Shown here piece after piece: positions 1 through 9,930 of a stretch of 64,000 nucleotides of DNA. The stretch lies in the NCBI GenBank assembly GCA_965263355.1, contig CBDHHL010000032.1, positions 128,001 to 192,000 on the forward strand. Reading direction: 5' to 3'. The DNA comes from Leptolyngbyaceae cyanobacterium. Its GTDB lineage: Bacteria; Cyanobacteriota; Cyanobacteriia; Phormidesmidales; Phormidesmidaceae. Position 1 is the stretch's first letter, and every line of letters begins with the position of its first letter. A program made the position numbers and the translations under genes. Below the pieces are notes generated by a model, which was given only the letters and a program-made list of their open reading frames with translations, did no database searches and was not told the origin of the DNA.

Positions 1-93
1 GGTGACTGTGTCCATCCAGGAGAAGGAACAGCGGGTGTCAGCTATGCCGCTTTGACAGCAGTCAGACAAATTGATGCCATGGAAGGTAAATAA
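1..93 (+). CDS. crtD: 3' end of carotenoid C-3',4' desaturase (CrtD-like), partial
   Basis: Frame 1 reads GDCVHPGEGTAGVSYAALTAVRQIDAMEGK*, resembling the C-terminal GDxxHPGEGTAGVSYSAL motif I recall from cyanobacterial CrtD. Not in the ORF track. Confidence 0.7.
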   Translation, partial: GDCVHPGEGTAGVSYAALTAVRQIDAMEGK

Positions 94-97
94 TCTC

Positions 98-124
98 GTA
101 GGGGCACACCTTGTGGTTGCCCCC
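98..124 (+). repeat. GTAG-type REP-like palindrome
   Basis: GTAGGGGCACACC-TTGT-GGTTGCCCCC lies between convergent genes; related to the hairpin in MITE family A and to 63724-63751. Confidence 0.65.
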
Positions 125-135
125 AACGCGATTGA

Positions 136-2595
136 TTAACCCCTGACACCGACCAGGGCAGGTTGTTTCGCAGGCTTAACTACCACCTGTGCGTCATCAT
201 CTAGATCAAAGACCGCTGTATCACCGTCATTGATGGTGCCATTCAACAGTGCCTCAGCCAGGGAATCCTCAATCAAACGAGAGATCGCCCGACGCATAGG
301 ACGTGCACCATAGGTTTGGTCATACCCTTCATTCACTAGATGCTGCTTAAAGGCATCCGTGAGTTCCAGCGTGATATTGCGTTCAGATAAACGACCAGCC
401 ACCTGACCTAGCAAGATATCGGCAATTTGAGCAACTTCGGATTTAATCAGCTGACGGAAGACAATAATCTCGTCAATGCGATTCAACAACTCAGGTCGGA
501 AGAACTGCTTCATTTCTTCATTCACCAGGTTGCGAATGTTGTTATAGCGAGAGGTCATCTCATCATCAAGACTCAGCTCAAACCCAAGACCGCCGCCACC
601 TTTCTCAATCACCTTGGAACCAATATTGGAAGTCATAATAATCAAGGTGTTCTTAAAGCTCACCTTACGCCCCTTAGCATCACTGAGGTGACCATCATCT
701 AACAGCTGCAAGAGAATATTGAAAACATCAGGGTGAGCCTTCTCAATTTCGTCTAGCAGAATCACAGTGTATGGCTTACGACGCACTGCTTCAGTCAGCT
801 GACCACCTTCGTCATAGCCTACATATCCTGGTGGAGAGCCAATCAGTTTAGAGACCGACTGGGGTTCCATAAATTCCGACATGTCGATCCGAATCATGGC
901 ATCTTCAGCCCCAAAGACCGCCTCGGCTAACGCCTTAGCCAGCTCAGTTTTACCCACCCCTGTGGGACCCGAGAAAATCAAACTTGCAATGGGACGGTTA
1001 GGATTACGCATACCCACACGGGAACGGCGAATCGCTTTAGAAACCGCTTCAACCGCCTCATTTTGGCCTATTACCCGCTTATGCAATGTATCTTCGAGAT
1101 GCAAAATCATTACCGATTCTGACTCTGTTAAGCGGCTAACGGGTACTCCGGTCCAAGCCGCCACAATGTCAGCAATATCTTCGTCGGTCACCTCTGGATG
1201 AGACGTACCATGGGGCAAAAGTTCTGCCAACAGTTGCTGCTCTTTTACCCGTAAAGCGCCAACATCATCAAACGACTGCTTCTCCAACAGCTCCGTAATC
1301 TCAGTTTGCACCTGACGCAGCTCAGTGCGCTGATCCCCAGCCGGAATTTTCTGCGAGTAACGCAACCGCACCCGTGAGCCAGCTTCGTCAATCAAATCAA
1401 TGGCTTTGTCGGGTAAATGCCGATCGTTGATATAGCGATCTGATAGGGTAGCTGCTGCCTTTAGAGCTGCATCGGTAATGGTCAGTCGGTGAAACTGCTC
1501 GTAACGCCCCCGAACACCGCCCAAAATTTCCAGGGTATCTTCCACCGATGGTGGAGCTACGGTAACCCGCTGAAAACGACGTTCCAGGGCAGCATCTTTT
1601 TCAATGTACTTACGGTATTCTTCTAGCGTAGTAGCTCCAATGCACTGCAGCTCACCGCGAGCTAAGGCAGGCTTCAGCAAGTTGGCCGCATCCATGCTGC
1701 CTTCCAGGGAGCCTGCACCGACTAAGGTATGCAGCTCGTCAATCACCAAAATAATATTCTGAGCTTCCTGGACCTCAGCAATGACCTGGTTGAGACGTTC
1801 TTCAAAATCACCCCGGAACCGGGTACCGGAGACTAGCAATGCCAGATCAAGGCTAATTACACGACGATCAAACAAAGCTTCGGGCACATCTTGATTAACA
1901 ATGCGTTGAGCCAGGCCTTCTGCGATCGCAGTTTTACCCACCCCTGGTTCACCCACCAATACAGGATTATTCTTAGTACGGCGACCTAGAATTTGAACCA
2001 CCCGCTCAATTTCCTGGGAGCGGCCAACCACTGGATCAAGTTTGCCCGCAGTGGCCAGTTCCGTCAGATCGGTACTAAATTCAGCCAATATACCATTACG
2101 CTTAGACGGTTGCCCTGACCGTTCACCCTCTCGGGCACGACCACCCGCTGGCACAGCAGACACCTCACCAATGGTCCGAATCAGCTGAGTACGAACTTGG
2201 GTTGGATCTACACCCAGGTTATTAAGCACCCGATAGGCCACACTTTCCACATTTTGGGTCAGACTCAGCAGTAAATGCTCAGGTTCAATGTAGGGATGGT
2301 CCAGCTTGCGAGCCTCTTGAAATGCCTGTTCAAAAACTTGCTTAACCTTGGGGGTAAATGGAATTTCTGTCGGCCCATTTCCTGACCCACGGCCAATAAT
2401 GGACTCGACTTCAGCGCGAGAATTAGCCAGGTTGACTCCAAAATCACTTAATACTCGAGCAGCAATGCTGGAACCCTCCTTCACAATCCCCAGTAGGAGT
2501 TGCTCACTACCTACGAAATTATGGCCCAGGCGTCTTGCCTCTTCCTGAGCTTGCATGATCACCGCAATCGCCGCATTGGTGAAATGTTCAAACAT
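136..2595 (-). CDS. clpC: ATP-dependent Clp protease ATP-binding subunit (ClpC family, divergent paralogue)
   Basis: Clp N-terminal repeats ([12 protein letters not shown]), two AAA+ modules with Walker A motifs GEPGVGKT and GPTGVGKT, ClpP-binding GGLGF loop. Confidence 0.93.
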   Translation of the reverse strand: MFEHFTNAAIAVIMQAQEEARRLGHNFVGSEQLLLGIVKEGSSIAARVLSDFGVNLANSRAEVESIIGRGSGNGPTEIPFTPKVKQVFEQAFQEARKLDHPYIEPEHLLLSLTQNVESVAYRVLNNLGVDPTQVRTQLIRTIGEVSAVPAGGRAREGERSGQPSKRNGILAEFSTDLTELATAGKLDPVVGRSQEIERVVQILGRRTKNNPVLVGEPGVGKTAIAEGLAQRIVNQDVPEALFDRRVISLDLALLVSGTRFRGDFEERLNQVIAEVQEAQNIILVIDELHTLVGAGSLEGSMDAANLLKPALARGELQCIGATTLEEYRKYIEKDAALERRFQRVTVAPPSVEDTLEILGGVRGRYEQFHRLTITDAALKAAATLSDRYINDRHLPDKAIDLIDEAGSRVRLRYSQKIPAGDQRTELRQVQTEITELLEKQSFDDVGALRVKEQQLLAELLPHGTSHPEVTDEDIADIVAAWTGVPVSRLTESESVMILHLEDTLHKRVIGQNEAVEAVSKAIRRSRVGMRNPNRPIASLIFSGPTGVGKTELAKALAEAVFGAEDAMIRIDMSEFMEPQSVSKLIGSPPGYVGYDEGGQLTEAVRRKPYTVILLDEIEKAHPDVFNILLQLLDDGHLSDAKGRKVSFKNTLIIMTSNIGSKVIEKGGGGLGFELSLDDEMTSRYNNIRNLVNEEMKQFFRPELLNRIDEIIVFRQLIKSEVAQIADILLGQVAGRLSERNITLELTDAFKQHLVNEGYDQTYGARPMRRAISRLIEDSLAEALLNGTINDGDTAVFDLDDDAQVVVKPAKQPALVGVRG

Positions 2596-3177
2596 ATTTT
2601 GTAGACCTCTGCCAGGATATGGAGTCGAAACCTATAAAAGGAAAGTCGAGTAATCGAGTTGTTAACTCAAGTTACTTTAGACATTAAGTTTTTTAACTAT
2701 GTAATAAAAATATACCCATCTTCGAGCAATCCCGACAGTCTGGAGAGCCGAAGTTGAGTAAGTGGGGTAATCCGTATAGTCCTATGGACAATGGATATGG
2801 TTTCAGTTTGCCCGAAGGATAAATGAATTTATAGGAATATGATTCAACGGAGACCGAATCTCCACATCCACACTGAGTGGATAAAAAATTGGTAAAGAAA
2901 TCGCCCTCTTCCTGATGTTTCCCCATGGTTACCACGAAGAGCGTCCAAGAAGCTCTATTTGATCGATTATTTTACTTCTAGATAAAAGAGGTGCCAAAAA
3001 ATGCCCCCCAATTACATCGACGCCTGCAGAGTATAAGACTCGAAGCCCCCAAACTTCGAAGTTCAGGGGCCTGAATAATCGTTAGCCACTCTGATAGTCG
3101 CTCGATCACAAAAATTATTTTTTTGGTTAAATAATTTAGTCCTACGTTTTACAGCAGTGAGGCAATCCCCCCGCTAC

Positions 3178-3702
3178 TTAGATAATCTCAGCTTGAACCG
3201 TCTGACAGGTTTCTAAAATGGTTTCATCTACCTCAGACAGCGTATTAATAGCAGTAAATCCACTGATGTTAACTTCAGCACCTGCGTTACCCGCCGCCAG
3301 GGTTGGCTGGGATTGAACAGCCAGGGAATAGGGGTGACTTGTCTGTTCGTAGCTATCAATAACAGTCAAATCTAAGCGGGCCGCAGAAATATCACCATGG
3401 AAACAATCGAAGGAAGAACTGGGCATGTAAAATGCACCAACGGTGCGGTGACCAGCCACTTCAAACACCATGTATACAGAGCCAAGTTGATTCGCCACTG
3501 ACTGCTGTTGGCCATACAGATAAACACCATCTGCTAGCAGCCCATTAGCAACGGGTTCGGCAAGGGCAATAGCACCAAAACTACTGAGCAACGTAGCACC
3601 GACTAAGGCAAGGGCAGATTTAATGAACTGGGGAAAGCGGGGGCGAACTGACAAATAAGCCATGGGATACGTGGTTACACCTCTTATATGTTCAGTATTC
3701 AT
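3178..3702 (-). CDS. Conserved cyanobacterial secreted hypothetical protein
   Basis: Signal-peptide-like stretch, then DGVYLYGQ...YMVFEV...GAFYMPSSSFDCF; the true start may be downstream. Confidence 0.7.
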   Translation of the reverse strand: MNTEHIRGVTTYPMAYLSVRPRFPQFIKSALALVGATLLSSFGAIALAEPVANGLLADGVYLYGQQQSVANQLGSVYMVFEVAGHRTVGAFYMPSSSFDCFHGDISAARLDLTVIDSYEQTSHPYSLAVQSQPTLAAGNAGAEVNISGFTAINTLSEVDETILETCQTVQAEII

Positions 3703-3830
3703 GAAGTTCCGGGTTCACTAAGTGACACCTCTAGTCATGACTGATGACATCTAACACAGGGCCGTGTGATTGCTGTCACAATGCACTGTATTACCTATAT
3801 TTCGGGACTTATACAGCGTTCATATCCCCC

Positions 3831-5528
3831 ATGACGTCATATCACGCCCTTGAGCAAAAGTTAGAGCAGCTAGATGGCCGTAGCTATTCTGCCTACAAAG
3901 GCATTAAAGACAGCTATACCTTTCCTGGCTTTGAACTCACCCTGGCCCATATTCAAGGGGATCCCTTTGCTGCCCCCAGTCGCATTAGCATTTGGACCAG
4001 TCATCACCAAAGTCAATGGCCTCAGGCCTATTGGCATAACGACATCCGGCGTGGTGTGCTGGCAGATTTTTTGCATCGACATATTGATGACGTCATTCCT
4101 AAGATTGAGCAGCGACGGGGGTCAGGTAAAAGCGGTTGCCTGATGATTGCGCCAACAAGTCAGGCTATTTTGGCTCGCACAGCCGTTCAGGTCACCCCTA
4201 AGGGCATAGAGTTGCGCTTGGGCGTGGGACTACCTGCTTTTGGCCGCAGAATTGCCGGTTATGCGGCCAGGGATTTGCTAATGAATGATTTGCCACAGCT
4301 GATCGTCTCGACTCTCCATGACCAGCCACAGTGGCACCAGGCTTTAGAACAGCATATTGCGACGGTCGAAGATGCTAATGCCCTGAGACAGCAACTATTG
4401 CCCCAGAACCTCGTGGCATTTATTGCCAATGGGGCAATTTTACCCAGACGTAGCGGCATCGATGCTCGACCTTTACCCACTGCGATCCCGTTTAAAGCAC
4501 CCAGTTCTCTAGAAGTTACGTTGCAAACGCCCCATGCCGGTGAGATCGCAGGTCTGGGGATTCCCCGAGGGGTCACCCTGATCGTCGGTGGGGGCTACCA
4601 TGGCAAATCCACGGTCCTTAAGGCGCTTGCCCAGGGGATTTATAATCACATTCCTGGCGATGGGCGTGAACAGGTAGTCGCCGATGGGGCAACGGTAAAA
4701 ATTCGAGCGGAGGACGGTCGTAGTGTAGCGGGGGTAGATATTTCTCCATTTATTGATCGGTTACCCCAGGGGATATCGACCCAGGCGTTTAGTACGACCA
4801 ATGCCAGTGGTAGTACGTCCCAGGTCGCCAATATTTTGGAGGCAATGGAGGCGGACGCGCAGGTATTACTGATTGATGAAGATACGGCGGCGACGAATTT
4901 GATGATTCGCGATCGCAATATGCAAACCCTTATCGCCAAGGACAAAGAACCCATCACCCCATTTATTGATAAGGTTCGTCAACTTTACACCGACTACGGT
5001 ATTTCCACCATTTTGGTGATGGGCGGCAGCGGCGACTACTTTGAAGTGGCCGACCAGGTAATTGCATTAGATAACTATGTGGCCAAGGATGTGACTGCTG
5101 AGGCCAAGGCAATTGCGGTTGAATATCCAAGCGATCGCAACGCTGAAGGTGGACAACACTTTGGCACCATCACCCAACGACAGATTCAACTGCCTCAATT
5201 TGACACCGGTCGTAAACCCACCAAAATCAAAACTCAACGTCTCTCCACCCTATCCATTGGCCAAGAAGACATCGATCTGCGGGGCATTGAACAACTTATA
5301 GAACCCAATCAAACTAGGGCCATTGCCCATGCCATTCTCACCTGGCAACAACAAAATCGTGGCCACTTACTACAAGATCTCTTAGACGACATTATGAGCT
5401 GGGTAAGCCGACGAGACTTTGATGCCCTCACCCCGTATCCCATGGCCGACCTCAGTGAATTTCGCCGCCATGAACTCGCTGCTGTCATTAACCGACTGAG
5501 AAATCTCAGAGTAATTACGGAAAGATAA
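3831..5528 (+). CDS. ABC-ATPase domain-containing P-loop protein (ABC_ATPase/COG3044 type)
   Basis: N-terminal QGDPFAAPS, Walker A GGGYHGKST, Walker B LLIDED, ASGSTSQ motif. ATG at 3831 preferred over 3744. Confidence 0.85.
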   Translation: MTSYHALEQKLEQLDGRSYSAYKGIKDSYTFPGFELTLAHIQGDPFAAPSRISIWTSHHQSQWPQAYWHNDIRRGVLADFLHRHIDDVIPKIEQRRGSGKSGCLMIAPTSQAILARTAVQVTPKGIELRLGVGLPAFGRRIAGYAARDLLMNDLPQLIVSTLHDQPQWHQALEQHIATVEDANALRQQLLPQNLVAFIANGAILPRRSGIDARPLPTAIPFKAPSSLEVTLQTPHAGEIAGLGIPRGVTLIVGGGYHGKSTVLKALAQGIYNHIPGDGREQVVADGATVKIRAEDGRSVAGVDISPFIDRLPQGISTQAFSTTNASGSTSQVANILEAMEADAQVLLIDEDTAATNLMIRDRNMQTLIAKDKEPITPFIDKVRQLYTDYGISTILVMGGSGDYFEVADQVIALDNYVAKDVTAEAKAIAVEYPSDRNAEGGQHFGTITQRQIQLPQFDTGRKPTKIKTQRLSTLSIGQEDIDLRGIEQLIEPNQTRAIAHAILTWQQQNRGHLLQDLLDDIMSWVSRRDFDALTPYPMADLSEFRRHELAAVINRLRNLRVITER

Positions 5529-5554
5529 TTCACTGATTTTTGGGATCACGTATT

Positions 5555-5665
5555 TATATGAAATCCTGGTTGATAGCAGCTAATATCGCAGGGCATCCAC
5601 AAGGGGGGTGCCTCTACGATATTGTCCATTCTTAATCGGGATTAATGAACTCGGATTTGGTATTA
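5555..5665. mobile_element. MITE family A, copy 1 (about 110 bp, internal REP-like hairpin)
   Basis: Ends TATATGAAATCC / GGATTTGGTATTA form an imperfect TIR; homologous to 6751-6832, 53684-53790 and 63489-63701. Confidence 0.75.
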
Positions 5666-5820
5666 CATCCCCATCCTTCGGTAGAAATATCCACAACATT
5701 TGCCCGAAAACAGACTAAGTAAACATTCGGTAAATCCCTATGCTTACTGGTAGTTAATTAACGCAGCTGGGCACGTTTAGTTTGAAATAGATGTGTCTTT
5801 TTATACCTCTGCCTGGTCCT

Positions 5821-5982
5821 ATGCAACACCCTCAAGAACCCAACCTGGAACAACCACGGATTAAATGGTCCTGGTTCACCCTTAGCTGTGTTTGCCTATT
5901 CTCTGGCTTTTTATACCTGGCGGTTATGGACCTTACAGGTCCCGTTCAGCTCACGCAAAATCAAACTGAGCAACAACCCTAG
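5821..5982 (+). CDS. Small single-TM membrane protein
   Basis: MQHPQEPNLEQPRIKWSWFTLSCVCLFSGFLYLAVMDLTG has one hydrophobic helix and is followed by a terminator; alternative start at 5791. Confidence 0.5.
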   Translation: MQHPQEPNLEQPRIKWSWFTLSCVCLFSGFLYLAVMDLTGPVQLTQNQTEQQP

Positions 5983-6010
5983 AGTTCAATTTAGTCCAAA
6001 CCGTTGCTTC

Positions 6011-6045
6011 AAGGGTTCGCCATTATGGTGAACCCTTTTGTTTTT
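6011..6045 (+). terminator. Intrinsic terminator
   Basis: AAGGGTTCGCCA-TTA-TGGTGAACCCTT followed by a T-run. Confidence 0.7.
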
Positions 6046-6275
6046 AGGTTAGATGATAAAAAACTACGGTACACCAGGAACATATATACTACTGACCTGC
6101 AATGACGTTCCTATATGTCGAGACTATGAGGTTTTACCGAAGAATCATGAAGGCGTTGTCTATGTGGTGATGGTTCGCTTAATGCTGCGTCGGTTAACTG
6201 ATAATCGACGACGATGGACGTCAAAGACTCCTCAGATTGCTTAATATTAGTTTCCGAACACACTCTGAGTCAGCC

Positions 6276-6812
6276 ATGAGCGAAGACAACCCTGTTACCT
6301 TTTACGAAGGTGATGATCCAGAGTTATCACAGGCCTCACAAAAGGCCAGGGAAACCTTTCGCTATTTCTGGAATCAGGTAGCCCTGGACTTTAACAGAAT
6401 TATTCCTGCCCTGGAGCTAGCCTGTGTAAAAGCGCCATTTTCTGATGATGCCGATCCACGCTCACCGTTCGAACACATGTGGGTAGATCAGATAAACTTT
6501 GACGGCATCGACGTCTATGGTACGTTGCTCAACAGTCCCAATAACCTTACCTCCTGGAACCAGGGCGATGAGGTAGAGGGGCCGCTTGCCGCTCTTAGCG
6601 ATTGGCTCTGTGTATTGGGTGGCAAGGTCTATGGGGGCCATACCATTCAGGTGGCCAGGGGACGAATGGCAACAGCAGAGCGGCAGGAGTATGATCAGGC
6701 CTGGGGTCTGGACTTTCCAGCACCAGACACCGTACTTATCCCTGAACGCAATATCGAAGGGTATCCACAAGGGAGTGCCCCTACAGGATTGTCCATTTTT
6801 AATCGGGTTTAA
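6276..6812 (+). pseudogene. DUF2314/YegJ-family protein, C-terminus replaced by a MITE
   Basis: KARETFRYFW...EHMWVDQINFDG...GTLLNSP...SDW motifs; the last ~20 codons (IEGYPQGSAPTGLSIFNRV*) are encoded by MITE family A sequence. Confidence 0.65.
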
Positions 6813-6832
6813 TGAATTCGGATTTGGTATTA
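6751..6832. mobile_element. MITE family A, copy 2 (left end missing)
   Basis: ATATCGAAGGGTATCCACAAGGGAGTGCCCCTACAGGATTGTCCATTTTTAATCGGGTTTAATGAATTCGGATTTGGTATTA is nearly identical to copy 4 without its insert. Confidence 0.8.
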
Positions 6833-6886
6833 GAACGTCCGCTGGACTAATCTTTAAAATTTATAGCTACTGACCTTGCTACCGCC

Positions 6887-8830
6887 TTAACTCTCTGCAC
6901 CAATATAGGGTTGTAGTACCTCAATCAAGTCTTCATTTTCCGATTCCTGGGCGGTATCCCATACCATTTGGAGCGTTGAAGCGTTAATCCCGGAGTCTAG
7001 CATTGTTTTAACCGTGGTCAGATCGCTGAAGCCGATGGCCCACATTAATAGGGGTTGACCGCGCCAGAGCACATTAGTGTTGGCACCATTCTCGATCAGT
7101 AATTGAACAATCTCTGTTTGGTCGTTTGCGATCGCATTAATCAATGGCGTCATACCCCAGAATTGATCGCCGACAATATTGACATTAGCCCCCTGCTCAA
7201 TCAACCGTTTGATCTTAGTAATATCATTCTCATCGACTGCTTGATGTAATCTTGTGCGTCCTTGGGCATCTAACGAATTTAAGCGTTGCTCAACAGCCAT
7301 TTTTTGACGAATTTCGTCAATATCCCAAGCCGTCAACATAGCTAGATTTTCTGCAGCTTGGGCCATGCTGCGTCGATACCGTAATCGGGAGGCACAAATG
7401 GCAGATCCCATAGGTCGTCTAATGACATAGCGTACCTGGAAGTCAACGCCAGCCCATTGAGGAAATGAACGGCCTTTAACGCCCAATTCCTCAGAAAACA
7501 GTTCAGGTAAGACTTCCTGAAAGCGTAAATCTTCAGGAAATGTCGTTGAATTGTAACGAATATGTAATCGAGTAATCAAGGTTTCTGGAGCCTCATCCTT
7601 CCACCATGCCCCCATTGCTTGGAGATCGGCTGCTGTTGGCATCGATTCAGCATCCATCGTACAGGGATCGCATTTTATGTTATTGCCAAAAATGCGGGTG
7701 GCATATTCCACAAAAACAGCATTGTTATGTTGTTCATGGACACGTTGAAATAACGTGTCATAAAAATTGTCAAATTCATCCTGGACAAATGCTGGCACCT
7801 CATGGCCAGATGGCCAACGGGGGTGAGACTCTGCATCAGTGGGGATAGGTAATGTCTGATAATTAGCCGTTTTGACATAGGCATCAGGTGATAACACATG
7901 AACAATCAAATCTTGATCATCATCAGCATTTAGGGTCCCCAGCCGAATCGGTAGCATAAACTGAGGGGATTCATAATCCAAAACAATGGGACGCAAAAAC
8001 CGCCCACCTGTTTTTTGAAATTCTGCTAAATTTACCCGTACTACAAAAAACTTCATGCCTGTATCGATGTATGCCTGAAGCATTTTGGTTGCAGCTGGGC
8101 TCACCTGATAGTCATTTTGTTGCAGCCAGGCCACTAACGCATTTGATTCATCAGCGCTCAAAATAGCAACATCATATTCACCGACTGTGAACTGATCTTC
8201 AACGGTAACCGCTGAAAATGACTGCGCCATGGATCGATTAACCCTTGCCTTATTCGCCTGATTGAGAAATGAAGGCAGGGAAACCACCACCAAAACTGCC
8301 ATCAGCAAAAGCGCAACGATCAGGGCCAGTCTATTAATGTTTGGTCTTAGCCATGAAATCAGAAAAAAAACAACGACAGGAATCGCAAAAAAAATGACAA
8401 TTCGATACCATTCATGTTCTTGTCGACAGGGGCGATCAAAATACTGCGCTAGTCGCGGGGCCGTAAACGCACTGATTTTTTCCATCAATGCATTATCCCC
8501 AATTCGGACCTGTTCACGGCTAGGAATCACAGGAACCGGCACAATCCGAGCAAAGTCCTGAACATCCCCTTGAAAATCATTGGCCATCATAAAGATACTA
8601 CGATTTCCACTGTGGGCAATGACCACATGTGATGCAGTATTTTCTAGATTGCCATCTACTTTGGCCACAAAAAAACCACAAAAGGCCTGCACGGGTGTAG
8701 CCATGGATACACAAATCAGTACCGTTGCTAAACAAATCAGTAAGGACCTAGGCCAACGAGTATAGGCTGTGGGGGAAAACCTTGGCATGACAAGGAATAA
8801 ATGGCGATCAATTACGTCCACTTTTCCCAA
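6887..8830 (-). CDS. DUF2330-domain protein with internal TM hairpin (pilin-like) and C-terminal ankyrin repeats
   Basis: Signal peptide then AFCGFFVAK, TAPRLAQYFD, FMLPIRLG, CDPC and ITRLHIRY (DUF2330 motifs); ankyrin motifs GRTRLHQAV...GANVN and GMTPLINAI...GANTN. True start probably near ATG 8788. Confidence 0.8.
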   Translation of the reverse strand: MGKVDVIDRHLFLVMPRFSPTAYTRWPRSLLICLATVLICVSMATPVQAFCGFFVAKVDGNLENTASHVVIAHSGNRSIFMMANDFQGDVQDFARIVPVPVIPSREQVRIGDNALMEKISAFTAPRLAQYFDRPCRQEHEWYRIVIFFAIPVVVFFLISWLRPNINRLALIVALLLMAVLVVVSLPSFLNQANKARVNRSMAQSFSAVTVEDQFTVGEYDVAILSADESNALVAWLQQNDYQVSPAATKMLQAYIDTGMKFFVVRVNLAEFQKTGGRFLRPIVLDYESPQFMLPIRLGTLNADDDQDLIVHVLSPDAYVKTANYQTLPIPTDAESHPRWPSGHEVPAFVQDEFDNFYDTLFQRVHEQHNNAVFVEYATRIFGNNIKCDPCTMDAESMPTAADLQAMGAWWKDEAPETLITRLHIRYNSTTFPEDLRFQEVLPELFSEELGVKGRSFPQWAGVDFQVRYVIRRPMGSAICASRLRYRRSMAQAAENLAMLTAWDIDEIRQKMAVEQRLNSLDAQGRTRLHQAVDENDITKIKRLIEQGANVNIVGDQFWGMTPLINAIANDQTEIVQLLIENGANTNVLWRGQPLLMWAIGFSDLTTVKTMLDSGINASTLQMVWDTAQESENEDLIEVLQPYIGAES

Positions 8831-8893
8831 GCAAGCTCAGGAAACCATCAACATTTTAGTGGTGAATAGTGAGTAGTGAATCCTGACGGACCA

Positions 8894-9277
8894 CTAGTTC
8901 TCGTAATAGGTATGTCTTTTTAATTCACAAACATTGATGCCGTACTTTTCTAATTGGTCACCATCGGCAAAGACCGCCAAAAAATCGTAAAAACAGCCCC
9001 GATTGCCAGGAAGAGTGATAATCGTCCAATCTCCATGGGCCTGAACTGTCTTATCCCCTAAAATGTTTGCTTCCCAATCTGTAGCTGTTTGAGGAGATGC
9101 ATAAAACTCCAACATGTCAACAGATGTGTCGTTTGTCAGGGTAAAGGTATATTCAGATTGAGGTGTCTCGGTTACAGTATCTTCTGCTAAAACAGGTTTG
9201 ACTATTGACAGACCAGCCAACAGGACCAACGGACCAGTCAGAGTGTTTACATAACGGGCAAAGGACATGGCTGGCAA
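8894..9277 (-). CDS. Small secreted hypothetical protein
   Basis: Signal peptide, then FTLTNDT..EFYASP..WEANILG..CFYDFLAVFADG..INVC. Confidence 0.75.
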   Translation of the reverse strand: MPAMSFARYVNTLTGPLVLLAGLSIVKPVLAEDTVTETPQSEYTFTLTNDTSVDMLEFYASPQTATDWEANILGDKTVQAHGDWTIITLPGNRGCFYDFLAVFADGDQLEKYGINVCELKRHTYYEN

Positions 9278-9930
9278 TAAGGCAAAGCCTTTACAAGGAA
9301 AAATCGTAATAGCGTCAGAGAAACGAAGCGAACTGGCGATAGATTCAACTAGCCCAAACGTTTAGTCAAGTAGCATTCTGGGTAACATACCATCGACTCA
9401 GCTACTTTGCTGCATTACTAAATGCCCCTTTGCCAAAGCTTAAAGTAAGGGAGCTGCATGAAAATAACTTCCTTGGTGAATATGGACATGGGCAGTGAGC
9501 AATGGGGCGTGGTAAATATAGGCAGCTTGCCTTAAGGGGGTTGAAGGGTACACATTGGTGCTCTGTGACAATCATAGAATCGTCACATGGCTGCTATGGC
9601 TTGTTTTTATAACCTATTCTTATGATTAGGCTGTGATAATAAGCAATGGATCAGCCTGAACCATAGATATTTATAAGTTATACCTATGGCAGGATTTAAG
9701 GTGATCCTGTGTACGATAGTTCTCTCGGTTTATTGCTACTCTGTTAGGGGAATCAAGTCCATGTTTAGAGATCAGGTTTTTCCGATGAAGAATTTGCAGA
9801 TTTCAACCTGGACTTGGCTTAAATCTCTATACCTTTTGCTTACGTTAGGCGCTTAAACTTGCACATTCCACAAATATGTGCATAGCTTCAGAAAATTGGC
9901 CGGTCTTTCTAACCAAATACCCATTCCGTC

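Noticed and set aside
2693..2935. 80-aa ORF and a GGGCAAAC motif in the clpC leader (possible c-di-GMP-I riboswitch)
   Set aside because: The ORF has no protein-like features, and the downstream GAAA-loop stem and GACGCAAAGC elements of the riboswitch are absent.
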